Positions 1 through 8,652 of a DNA stretch of 64,000 nucleotides are shown piece after piece. How positions within the stretch are numbered: the first letter of the stretch is position 1; each line of letters opens with the position of its first letter. This stretch comes from an uncultured delta proteobacterium (GTDB lineage Bacteria > Myxococcota_A > Polyangia > Palsa-1104): NCBI GenBank assembly GCA_963785725.1, contig CAWAWS010000024.1, forward strand, positions 6,937-70,936, read 5' to 3'. Both the position numbers and the translations under genes were made by a program. Under the pieces are notes generated by a model. It was given only the letters and a program-made list of their open reading frames with translations. It was not told the origin of the DNA and searched no databases.

Positions 1-561
1 TGCGCCAAAGGGCTCACGATCGTGCCCGACGTCGCGCTCGCCGACGCGCCGCCGCTCGACGTCGTCCTCGTGCCCGGCGGTCGCGGCACGCGCCGCGCCG
101 TGCACGACGCGCCGCTGATGGCGTGGCTGCGCGGCGCCGCGGCGACGGCCACGTGGGTCACGAGCGTCTGCACCGGCTCGTTGCTCTTGCACGAAGCCGG
201 ACCGGCGCGCGGCAAGCGCGTCACGACGCACTGGTCGTTCGTCGACGACTTGCGGAAGCGCGGCGACATCACCGTCGTCGACGACATGCGCTTCGTGCGC
301 GACGGCAACCTCGTGACGGCCGCCGGCGTCTCGGCCGGCATCGACATGGCGCTGTGGCTCGTCGGGCAGCGCGACGGCATCGAGCTCGCGCGCCGCGTGC
401 AGCGCGGCATTCAATACGAACCGGCACCGCCCTACACCGCCGAGATCTCGACTAAACGACCGCAAGCTGTCGCGAAATCGTCGCATCGTAAAGCTTCGGT
501 AAAGGGTTGGATGGACCGCAAACGAGCGCCGTCTCAGCAGGCAGGAGGACGGAAATGCTGA
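1..561 (+). CDS. DJ-1/PfpI family protein (5' end cut by window edge)
   Basis: Frame is open from nt 1 (track ORF 22-561 begins at an internal GTG). VVLVPGGRG, nucleophile-elbow SVCTGSLLL and AAGVSAGIDMALWLV are typical of the DJ-1/PfpI fold. Stop TGA 559-561. Confidence 0.8.
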   Translation, partial: CAKGLTIVPDVALADAPPLDVVLVPGGRGTRRAVHDAPLMAWLRGAAATATWVTSVCTGSLLLHEAGPARGKRVTTHWSFVDDLRKRGDITVVDDMRFVRDGNLVTAAGVSAGIDMALWLVGQRDGIELARRVQRGIQYEPAPPYTAEISTKRPQAVAKSSHRKASVKGWMDRKRAPSQQAGGRKC

Positions 562-797
562 CCAAGATGGCTCTGGCTGCTCTGGTGGCGACGGTGGGCG
601 TGGGCGCGATGGCGACTCCGGCTTCGGCGCAAGAGCGCGGCGGCTTCGGCGGCGAGCGCGGCGGGTTCAGCCGCGGTCACGAGCGCGGCGGCGAGTACGG
701 TCGGCGCGGCGGCGGCTTCGAACGCGGGCGCGGCGGCGAGCGCGGCTGGGGTCACGCCAGCTACGGCTACGCGCCGGGCCGCGGCTACTGCCGCTGA
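555..797 (+). CDS. small secreted Gly/Arg-rich repeat protein
   Basis: ATG 555 follows AGGAGGA (543-549). Signal peptide MLTKMALAALVATVGVGAMATPASA|QE. Mature part is ERGG(F)/GRGG repeats ending GRGYCR. Confidence 0.55.
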   Translation: MLTKMALAALVATVGVGAMATPASAQERGGFGGERGGFSRGHERGGEYGRRGGGFERGRGGERGWGHASYGYAPGRGYCR

Positions 798-848
798 GCA
801 CTCCGCCGCGACGTCGTCCTGACGTCGCGCCACGCAACCAACGTCAAA

Positions 849-1265
849 TCACGCGAAGTGTAGCGGCGCGAGCGCTGGGTCCGACGACCTGACGCTCGCG
901 TCGCGCATGGCGGCCGCGGCGTGCACGTAGTCGCGGATCATGCGCAGGTGCCGCGCGGCGGCCGCGACGAGGCGCACGCCGGTCGCGCGCACCGGCCGCG
1001 CCGGCTCGCCCGCGCGCAGCTGATCGAAGCAGACTTCGCCTTTGGCCCACACGATCTCATCGACCTCGGGGATCTCGAACTCGAGCTGCACGATGCGGCC
1101 TTCGCGGCGGCCACGCAGCGGTCGCTCGAGCCGCAGCCCGCGCTCGGACAGGTCGACGACGAGGGCGAATTGATCCTGCTCGCCGACGACGGCGTTGCAC
1201 AGCGAAGCCACCGGAACACGCGGAAACAGACGGGATCCAAACAGTTGTTCACGCATGTAGGACAT
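849..1265 (-). CDS. PilZ domain protein
   Basis: Internal ATG 1265 (MSYMREQLF...). Carries the RxxxR (RLFPR) and DxSxxG (DLSERG) c-di-GMP-binding motifs. The upstream part of track ORF 849-1493 is Arg-rich and was not called. Confidence 0.7.
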   Translation of the reverse strand: MSYMREQLFGSRLFPRVPVASLCNAVVGEQDQFALVVDLSERGLRLERPLRGRREGRIVQLEFEIPEVDEIVWAKGEVCFDQLRAGEPARPVRATGVRLVAAAARHLRMIRDYVHAAAAMRDASVRSSDPALAPLHFA

Positions 1266-1366
1266 TGTATTGAAATGTCGGCGAGACGCAAATTTCCGGT
1301 TCGCAGGTGGAGGGCGAAGGCAGGCTGTTCTCAATTGGCGACGGGAGCTGATTGAGAACAGCCCCT

Positions 1367-1960
1367 CTAGTTGGCCGGGCTGCCCGTCGTGTGCGCGACG
1401 AGCGCGGCGCGCACGCTCTCCTCGACGCCGAAGAGGTAGTTGGACGACGCGCGGCCGTGGTGGCAGGAGCTGCACTCGGCGAGCGGGCCCCACTGCGACA
1501 CGCCGTTGGCCTGGACGGGCTGGCCGTTGGTGTCGGTGACGGCGAACATGAAGTCACCCGCGGTCGGGTTGTAGCCGGACTTGCACTTCATGAGCGTCGT
1601 CAGCTGCGTGACGTCGCCGGCGGCATCGCTGACCTCGCGCACGACGACGCCGCCGACCGGGAAGCCGTCGCCGCCGGTCATGCTCTCGGGCGTGACGGTC
1701 GCGTAGGCCGCGGCGGCCGCGTTCGAGACGTACATCGTGATGAAGCTGCCGGGCGTGAGCGTGCTCTCGTACGGTTTGGGGTCCATCTGCACGAAGCCGC
1801 CGCCGCGATATTGAGCGGTCGCGAGCATCGAGCCCAAGGTCGTCAGGTCCGCGGTGCCATCGGCGGTCGCAGACGACGTCCACTGCGGAACGCAGCCCAC
1901 GCACGTCGTGAGGAGAAGAAGCACCAGGCTCACCTGCATCGCGGTCGCTCGAAAGGTCAT
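1367..1960 (-). CDS. cytochrome P460 / c'-beta family lipoprotein (candidate)
   Basis: C-terminal 197 aa of track ORF 1367-3553. Lipoprotein-like signal MTFRATAMQVSLVLLLLTTCVGC. Single haem-c motif CSSCH near the C-terminus (ECSSCHHG...NYLFG). Size matches about 190-aa P460 proteins. Confidence 0.6.
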   Translation of the reverse strand: MTFRATAMQVSLVLLLLTTCVGCVPQWTSSATADGTADLTTLGSMLATAQYRGGGFVQMDPKPYESTLTPGSFITMYVSNAAAAAYATVTPESMTGGDGFPVGGVVVREVSDAAGDVTQLTTLMKCKSGYNPTAGDFMFAVTDTNGQPVQANGVSQWGPLAECSSCHHGRASSNYLFGVEESVRAALVAHTTGSPAN

Positions 1961-2176
1961 CACGCCGCGGACTCTGTGCAACCGATGTTCCAGCCCGCGA
2001 AAGCGCTGCGGCAGGCCGATTTCTCGCGGTTTCAGAGGCTCATCGCCGGCGCTGACAAACTCCGTTGACTGGGCGCGTTGTAGTGCTCGGACCCCGATGT
2101 GGTGAGTGCCCCACTGAGCACGCGAATGAGCACACGGCAGACGCGGTGCATAAGCTTGAATCAGTGGGCAGTTTGC

Positions 2177-2191
2177 GCGAGTCTGGTGCCA
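2177..2191 (-). promoter_or_regulatory. sigma-54 promoter-like sequence pointing toward the P460-like gene
   Basis: Minus strand reads TGGCAC-cagac-TCGC (consensus TGGCAC-N5-TTGC). GG and GC are correctly spaced, with one mismatch in the -12 box. It lies about 215 nt upstream of the 1960 start. Confidence 0.3.
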
Positions 2192-2218
2192 CTTTCGGGG
2201 GGCACTTTTGGGAGGCGA

Positions 2219-3736
2219 ATGCCGAACCAGGCCGAGCTCACGACCAACATCTTGGTCGTCGACGATAACCCCGCCAATCTGACCGCGGTCGGCGCTGTTC
2301 TGGAGCCGCTCGGGCAACGCGTCGTGCTCGCCAAATCCGGCGAGGAGGCGCTGCAGCAGCTGCTCATGGGCGACTACTCCGTGGTGCTGTTGGACGTGAT
2401 GATGCCGGGCATGACCGGCTTCGACGTCGCGCGCATGATGCGTGCGCGCGAACGCACGAAAAATGTGCCGATTATCTTCTTCACGGCCAAGGAGCCCGAT
2501 CCGCGCGACGTCGTCCAAGGCTACTTGCACCGCGCGTCGGACTATTTGGTCAAGCCGTTCGATCCCGATGTCTTGCGCGCCAAAGTCTCGGTGTTCGTCG
2601 ACCTGTTTCGTGCGCGCGAGGCGGCGCAGCAGCTGGCGCGCGAGGAGGAGCGGCGGCGCCAGGCCGAGCACGAGCGGCGCCGGCTGTACACGCTGCTCAT
2701 GCGCGCGCCGGCAGCGGTCGCCGTCATCGCCGGGCGCGACCAGCTGTTCGAGCTCGCCAACGAGCGCTTCTGCAAGCTGTTCCGCCGCACGGATTTCGTG
2801 GGCAAGCGGCTCGTCGATCTCTTCCCGCAGCCGGAGGCGACGCCGCTGTTGCAGCTGCTCGCCGACGTCTACAAGCGCGGCGAGCCGTTCTCGGGCACGG
2901 AGCTCGAGCTGCAGCTGCGCCGCAACGGCGACGGCGCGCTCACCGCCGGCTACTTCGACTTCAGCATCGAGATCCTGCGCGACGACGACGGCCACGTGCG
3001 TGGCCTCATGGGCGCGGTGACGGACGTTACCGACTACGTCAACGCGCGCCGCATCCGCGACGACTTCTTGGGCATCGCCTCGCACGAGCTGAAGACGCCG
3101 TTGACGACGCTGCGGCTGACCGCCGACGGCATGGCCAACGCGCTCGCCAAAGGCAACGCCAGCCCCGAGCGCATGCAGTCGAAAGTGGCGGTCATTCGTA
3201 AACAGCTCGGTCGCTTGGAGCGGCTGATTCACGACCTGCTCGACGTGTCGCGCATCGCGGCGGGGCGCTTGCCGTTGATGCTCGAAGAGGTCGATTTGAG
3301 CGGGCTGGCGCAGGAGGTCGTCGAGCGGTTCGGCGAGGAGCTGGCGGCGGTCGGCTGCGTGACGACGGTGCACGCGAGCAAGCCGATGGTCGGCCATTGG
3401 GATCGCATGCGGCTCGATCAAGTCGTCACCAACCTCATGACGAACGCCATGAAGTACGGCAAGCGGCGGCCGATCGAAGTCATCGTCGACGGCGACGACG
3501 AGACGGCGCGGCTGACGGTGCGCGACCACGGCATCGGCATCGCGGCCGAGCATCAGGCGCGCATCTTCGAGCGCTTCGAGCGGGCGGTGTCGGCGCGCGA
3601 CTTCGGCGGGCTCGGGCTCGGCTTGTGGATCATCTCGCGCATCGTGCAGGAATTATCCGGACGCGTGCACGTCGAGAGCGAGCTCGAGCGCGGCGCGGCG
3701 TTCGTGGTCGAGCTGCCGCGCGGGCGCAAGAGCTAG
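2219..3736 (+). CDS. hybrid response regulator-PAS-histidine kinase
   Basis: ATG 2219 after GGAGG (2211-2215). REC (ILVVDDNP...VLLDVMMPGMTG...LVKPF), coiled linker, PAS-like region, HisKA H-box FLGIASHELKTPL, and HATPase N/G boxes (NLMTNAMKYG, DHGIGI, GGLGLGL). Confidence 0.9.
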   Translation: MPNQAELTTNILVVDDNPANLTAVGAVLEPLGQRVVLAKSGEEALQQLLMGDYSVVLLDVMMPGMTGFDVARMMRARERTKNVPIIFFTAKEPDPRDVVQGYLHRASDYLVKPFDPDVLRAKVSVFVDLFRAREAAQQLAREEERRRQAEHERRRLYTLLMRAPAAVAVIAGRDQLFELANERFCKLFRRTDFVGKRLVDLFPQPEATPLLQLLADVYKRGEPFSGTELELQLRRNGDGALTAGYFDFSIEILRDDDGHVRGLMGAVTDVTDYVNARRIRDDFLGIASHELKTPLTTLRLTADGMANALAKGNASPERMQSKVAVIRKQLGRLERLIHDLLDVSRIAAGRLPLMLEEVDLSGLAQEVVERFGEELAAVGCVTTVHASKPMVGHWDRMRLDQVVTNLMTNAMKYGKRRPIEVIVDGDDETARLTVRDHGIGIAAEHQARIFERFERAVSARDFGGLGLGLWIISRIVQELSGRVHVESELERGAAFVVELPRGRKS

Positions 3737-3817
3737 CCGCGGTAAGTTTTCCGACGCCCGCCACAAAACACGCGCGCGGGGCTTGAGACGAGCCCGCGCG
3801 CGCACATTTACTTCTCG

Positions 3818-4645
3818 ATGTCCGCCATCGAAGAGATCGCCCAAGGCCGCCGCTTCGACTTCGGGCGCAACTGGACCTCGTTCCTCGACACGCTCAACGA
3901 CGGCAAGGTCGCCGCCGCCGAAGACGCCTTGCGCGCCATGCTCGGCGTCGACGACTTGCGCGGCAAGCGCTTTCTCGACATCGGCTCGGGCAGCGGGCTC
4001 ATGTCGTTGGCCGCGCACCGGCTCGGCGCCAGCGTCCGCTCGTTCGACTACGACACGGGCTCGGTCGCCTGCACGCGCACCTTGCACGATCGCTACTGCG
4101 ACGACGAGGACGACTGGATCGTCGAGCAAGGCTCGATCCTCGACGCGGCGTTCGTGCGCGCGCTCGGGCAGTTCGACGTCGTCTATTCTTGGGGCGTCTT
4201 ACACCACACCGGCAACATGTGGGGCGCCATCGACAATGCCTGCGCGACCGTCGCTGCCAACGGCCAGCTGTTCATCGCCATCTACAACGATCAGGGGCGC
4301 AAATCGGCCGGGTGGAAACAGGTCAAGCGGGTTTACTGTTCGGGCACGACGGGCAAGCTGGCGATGTCGGCGCTGTTCATCCCCTACTTCGTGGCCGACG
4401 GGTTGAAGGAAGATCTGACGCATCTGCGTAATCCGCTGCAGCGCTATTCGCAGCGGGCGCGATCGACGCGCGGCATGTCGGCGGTGCACGATTGGTTCGA
4501 CTGGCTGGGCGGCTTCCCGTTCGAGGTCGCGCGGCCGGAGGCGCTGTTCGCGTTCGTCAAAGAGCGCGGCTTTACGCTCGAGCGCATGACGACGACGTCG
4601 TCGCTGGGGTGCAACGAGCTCGTCTTTCGGCGATCGGCGGGCTGA
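3818..4645 (+). CDS. class I SAM-dependent methyltransferase
   Basis: Motif I FLDIGSGSGLMSL followed by an acidic residue (RSFDYD) and VVYSWGVLHH. Whole track ORF used. Confidence 0.8.
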   Translation: MSAIEEIAQGRRFDFGRNWTSFLDTLNDGKVAAAEDALRAMLGVDDLRGKRFLDIGSGSGLMSLAAHRLGASVRSFDYDTGSVACTRTLHDRYCDDEDDWIVEQGSILDAAFVRALGQFDVVYSWGVLHHTGNMWGAIDNACATVAANGQLFIAIYNDQGRKSAGWKQVKRVYCSGTTGKLAMSALFIPYFVADGLKEDLTHLRNPLQRYSQRARSTRGMSAVHDWFDWLGGFPFEVARPEALFAFVKERGFTLERMTTTSSLGCNELVFRRSAG

Positions 4646-4931
4646 CGGCGAGCGCGCGGCCGCCGGTCGCGTCGGCGGGGATGTCGTGGCGCGGGAGCGC
4701 GCATGGGGCTGCGCGATTGGCGCAGCTCGCACGGGCGCCCGGTGGGCGCGTGCGAGCGGAGCTCCGTCGTGACGGACAGCGGTCGAGCGCGCAACGGCGT
4801 GGTTGGTTTATAGGGGGATCGGTCTCGGAGCGCCGACGTTCGCCTCCAAGATCAAGACGTGCAGAGCGTTCGCCGACCTCACGACGCGCCGCGCGTTCGG
4901 CTGACACGCGCGTGACCGCGAGCGGGCGCGA

Positions 4932-5099
4932 CTACGTGCCGTGATGATGGCAGCTCGGGTGGCCGCAGCCGCAGTCGTCCTTGAGCTTCGACTGCGAGGC
5001 GAGCCCCTTGGCGCAATAGTCGGAGCAGAACGCGTCGCCGCGGTTGGCCCGCTCGGTCGGAATGGGACAGTCGCAGCCTTTGTGTGCGCAGGTTTTCAT
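4932..5099 (-). CDS. bacterial metallothionein, SmtA/BmtA-like
   Basis: 55 aa: MKTCAHKGCDCPIPTERANRGDAFCSDYCAKGLASQSKLKDDCGCGHPSCHHHGT. It aligns by eye with Synechococcus SmtA (CACEPCLC...YYCSEACADGH...GCGHTGCNCHG). ATG at 5099. Confidence 0.7.
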   Translation of the reverse strand: MKTCAHKGCDCPIPTERANRGDAFCSDYCAKGLASQSKLKDDCGCGHPSCHHHGT

Positions 5100-5218
5100 A
5101 CGGAGAAAGATAGGTTGCGCGGGAATGCGGCAACCGCGAGCTCGGTTCGATTCCTGAAACCCGCAAGCGTCACTGGTCACTAACGGCGTATGATGCGCGG
5201 CGTTTACAGGAGGTCGGC

Positions 5219-7516
5219 ATGCGCTCAGTGTCCCGCACCAGGAAGTGGGCCGTGGCTTCGTCCGCGGCCGCAGTCGTATGCGGAGTATCGTGGATCGCCG
5301 TAGGACGCGGGCCGGCGCCGTCACCGTTGTCGTCGCCGGCGAGCAAGCTGGCGCCCGCTACCGATCAAAAGCGCGCCGTCGGTGGTGAATTGGCGCCCGT
5401 TCCCGGCGGCATGCCCGAGGCCGAAGGCGACATCCCGTTCGTCTCCGCGCGCGCCAACGCCGTCACGACGCCGAGCGCGCCCGACGCGTGGGGTGGTCCG
5501 CGCACCGGCCAAGAGGCGACGCTGTCCGATCGCGTCGTGAAGTACGAGATCGCGGCGACGCTCGATCCCAAAGCGCACACCGTCGAAGGCCAGGAGAAGA
5601 TGACCTGGCACAACCGCAGCAATCGCCCGGTCAAATCGATCTATCTGCACCTCTATCTCAACGCGTTCGAAGGGCCGGGCAGCACGTTCTTGACCGAGCA
5701 TCGCGAGAACGGCTTCGGCTTCCGCAGCGACGTCGGCGTCGAGAAGGGCGAATGGGGTCACATCGACCTGAAGAAGGTCGCGCAGAACGGCGCCGACGTG
5801 AAGTGGGCGTACGTGCATCCCGACGGCGGCCCCGAGACCGACCACACGGTCGTGCGCTTCGATCTGCCGGAAGCGGTGCCGGCCGGCGGCTCGACCAGCG
5901 TCGACATCGCCTTCCATGACCAGCTGCCGCGCGTCATCGCGCGCACCGGCTGGTGGGGCACGTTCCACATGATCGGCCAGTGGTTCCCCAAGATCGGCGT
6001 GCTCGAGCTGGCGGGCGAGCGTGGCGCGACGGCGCCGCGCTGGAACGTGCACGAGTTCCACCTGCACTCCGAGTTCTACGCCGACTGGGCCGAGTACGAC
6101 GTGAAGATGACGGTGCCGAAGGACTACCAAGTGGCGTCGGCGGGCGAAGAGCAAGGCGCGCCGGTCGAAGCGAACGGCATGACGACGCACCACTTCACGC
6201 AAGGCGACGTGCACGACTTCGCGTGGATGGCGGCCAACGACTTCGCGCCGCCGCTCGTCGGCGCCTACGACGGCCCGGGCAGCCCGCACGTGACGGTCAA
6301 GGTGTTCTATCCGAAGGAGATGGAGGCGTCGGCGGCGCCGTCGTTGAAGGCGACGATCGATTCGATCGGCTTCTTCTCGTCGACGCTCGGACCGTATCCG
6401 TACAAGACGTCGACCTGCATCGTGCCGCCGTTCAACGCCGGTGAAGCGGGCGGCATGGAGTATCAGACGATCTTCACGGGCGAGGGCTACTCGGTCGTCG
6501 AGCCCAACACGTTGCCGGCGGCGCTCGTCGACTTCGTGGTCATCCACGAGTTCGGTCACGGCTATTTCTACGGCCTCTTGGCCTCGAACGAGTTCGAAGA
6601 GCCGCTGCTCGACGAAGGGCTCAACGAATATTGGGACATGCGCATGATGCGCGCCCGCAACCAAGACATCCACGTCACGACGCCGTTCTTGAAGCTGCTC
6701 GGCATCGAGCCGCAGACGAGCGGCTTCGCGTACGAACGCGCGACCGGCGCGCTCGATCCGCATCCGGCCGATCCCATCGGCGCCAACGCCTGGGATCGCT
6801 TCTCCAGCAACAGCTACGGCACCGTCTATTCGCGCACGGCCACGGTGTTTCACGATCTCGAAGAGCGGCTCGGTCACGACACGATCGAAAAGGCGTTCAA
6901 GCTCTATTATCAGCGCTGGCATTTCCGTCATCCGTCGACCGCCGATCTGAAGCAGGCGATCATCGACGCCTCGGGCGACGCCGCCACCGTCGAGACCGCG
7001 TTCCGCCAGAACGTCTACGGCGCCGATCCCGTCGACGATCGCGTCACCAGCGTCACCAGCGACGAGATCAAACCCGAGCCGGGCACGCGCCTCGACAAGG
7101 GCGTGTGGGTCGAAGACACGGAAGAGTCGCTGGAAAAGGAGATCTCGGCCAAGCGCAAGGAGTGGGACAAAGCGCATCCCAACGCCAAGCACGGCGAAGG
7201 GCCTTATCCCTACCGCACGATCGTGACCGTCAAGCGCGATGGCGCGCCGACGCCGCAGACGCTGGAAGTGACCTTCGAAGACGACTCGGTCGAGCGCGTG
7301 CAATGGAACGACCAAGAGCGCTGGCGCCGCTTCGTGTTCGTCAAGCCGGTGAAGGCGAAGTCGGCGATGCTCGATCCGCAGCGGCAGCGCTTCCTCGATC
7401 TCGACAAGCTCAACGACGGCAAGCTGCGCGAGCCGAGCTCGGCGGCGTCGCGTCGCTGGGGTGGTGACGTGGCCGCGATTACCGAAGTCCTCTACTCACT
7501 CTTGGGTGCGCTATGA
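5219..7516 (+). CDS. M1-family zinc metallopeptidase (secreted or membrane-anchored)
   Basis: HEFGHGYF...x18...E (LDEGLNEYW) is the gluzincin HExxH+E signature. N-terminal hydrophobic segment WAVASSAAAVVCGVSWIAV. Confidence 0.85.
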   Translation: MRSVSRTRKWAVASSAAAVVCGVSWIAVGRGPAPSPLSSPASKLAPATDQKRAVGGELAPVPGGMPEAEGDIPFVSARANAVTTPSAPDAWGGPRTGQEATLSDRVVKYEIAATLDPKAHTVEGQEKMTWHNRSNRPVKSIYLHLYLNAFEGPGSTFLTEHRENGFGFRSDVGVEKGEWGHIDLKKVAQNGADVKWAYVHPDGGPETDHTVVRFDLPEAVPAGGSTSVDIAFHDQLPRVIARTGWWGTFHMIGQWFPKIGVLELAGERGATAPRWNVHEFHLHSEFYADWAEYDVKMTVPKDYQVASAGEEQGAPVEANGMTTHHFTQGDVHDFAWMAANDFAPPLVGAYDGPGSPHVTVKVFYPKEMEASAAPSLKATIDSIGFFSSTLGPYPYKTSTCIVPPFNAGEAGGMEYQTIFTGEGYSVVEPNTLPAALVDFVVIHEFGHGYFYGLLASNEFEEPLLDEGLNEYWDMRMMRARNQDIHVTTPFLKLLGIEPQTSGFAYERATGALDPHPADPIGANAWDRFSSNSYGTVYSRTATVFHDLEERLGHDTIEKAFKLYYQRWHFRHPSTADLKQAIIDASGDAATVETAFRQNVYGADPVDDRVTSVTSDEIKPEPGTRLDKGVWVEDTEESLEKEISAKRKEWDKAHPNAKHGEGPYPYRTIVTVKRDGAPTPQTLEVTFEDDSVERVQWNDQERWRRFVFVKPVKAKSAMLDPQRQRFLDLDKLNDGKLREPSSAASRRWGGDVAAITEVLYSLLGAL

Positions 7517-8430
7517 ACGGCGTCAACGATAAGCGTTCGCTCGGCGTCGGTCAGGCGTTGAGCGCGGCGGCGCAGTGGCGCCTGTTGCTGGTGTGGACGG
7601 TCGGCCTGCTCGTGCCGACGGCGGTCGCGGCCATTCCGATCTGGCGGCTGCTCACCGTGGCGTTCGATCGGTCGCCGCGCGCGGTCGAGATCGCGCGTCA
7701 CTTCGACATGCTCGCGTTCGAGGATGTCATCTCGGCGTTCGGTCGCTCGATGGCGCCGGTCGCGGGCGCGTTCTTGGCCGCGGGTCTGACGTTCGTGCTC
7801 GTGCAGCCGCTCTTGGCCGGCGTCACGGCGGCGGCGGCGCGGCAGCCGTTCGAGCCGATGCGCATGCGCACGCTGCTCGAGCGCGGCATGGCCTTCTACG
7901 GTCGCATGTTCCGCATGATGATCGTATCGCTCGTCGTCCTCGGCGTCGTCGTCGGCAGCATCAACGGCCTCGTCGGCATGATCGTCGGCAAGGTGACCAA
8001 GCACGCCGTCCTCGAGTCCACCGCCGATCGCGCCGGCCACGTGTCGACCGCCATCACGCTCATTCTGTTCATCCTCGTGCACGCCACGATCGAAGCCGGT
8101 CGCGCGCAGCTCGCGGCCGACGATGCGCGCCGCTCGGCTTGGGGCGCGTGGTGGGCGAGCGTCAAGCTGCTCGTGCGCCGTCCGCTGCCGGTGTTGGGGC
8201 TGTACCTCGCGCCGACGCTGGTGAGCCTGGCAGTCGCGTTCGTGTTCCTCGTCGTGCGCATCCGCTTGGACGGCGCGAACGCGTTGCTGTTCTGGCTCGC
8301 GTTCTTGGTCACGCAGCTGGCGGTGGCGACCATCGGCTGGGGTCGCGCGGCGCGGCTGTTCGCGCTGACGGACCTCGTGCGCGTGCCGCCGGTGGTCGCG
8401 CCCGCGGCCGCGACGATGTCCACGCCGTAA
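7513..8430 (+). CDS. polytopic membrane protein, unknown function
   Basis: ATGA overlap with the M1 peptidase stop (7513-7516). About 6 hydrophobic helices. No recognisable motif. Confidence 0.6.
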   Translation: MNGVNDKRSLGVGQALSAAAQWRLLLVWTVGLLVPTAVAAIPIWRLLTVAFDRSPRAVEIARHFDMLAFEDVISAFGRSMAPVAGAFLAAGLTFVLVQPLLAGVTAAAARQPFEPMRMRTLLERGMAFYGRMFRMMIVSLVVLGVVVGSINGLVGMIVGKVTKHAVLESTADRAGHVSTAITLILFILVHATIEAGRAQLAADDARRSAWGAWWASVKLLVRRPLPVLGLYLAPTLVSLAVAFVFLVVRIRLDGANALLFWLAFLVTQLAVATIGWGRAARLFALTDLVRVPPVVAPAAATMSTP

Positions 8431-8570
8431 CTGCAGCGCGCCCGCGCCGCTCACGCCTACTCCCGCCCGCACCCACGCAATCCTCCCGATTGCGCCGCAC
8501 GCCAATCACGTCACGAGAGCGCACCGACCGTCGAAGGAGCCCGACGTAGCGAGCGGCGGTCGGCCCGCGC

Positions 8571-8652
8571 GCGAACGCGTGGTCACATGCGAACGCGGGT
8601 CAGTCGTGGCAACGCGGTCGGCCGGGCGAACGCAGGTCAGCGGGCGAACGCG
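8571..8652. repeat. five degenerate tandem repeats GCGAACGCG(N)GGTCA, period 17-20 nt
   Basis: Units start at 8571, 8589, 8609, 8626 and 8644. The array sits in the convergent gap and runs over the stop codon (8637-8639) of the minus-strand gene. Confidence 0.7.

Noticed and set aside
1961-3553. Upstream 530 codons of the 728-aa minus-strand track ORF
   Set aside because: It lies antisense to the well-supported REC-PAS-kinase gene and is Arg/Asp/Ala/His-rich with no motifs. Only the last 197 codons (the P460-like lipoprotein) look real.
5321-7315. 664-aa minus-strand ORF
   Set aside because: It is a shadow frame antisense to the M1 peptidase. Its composition is dominated by R, A, D and V, as expected from GC-rich antisense reading.
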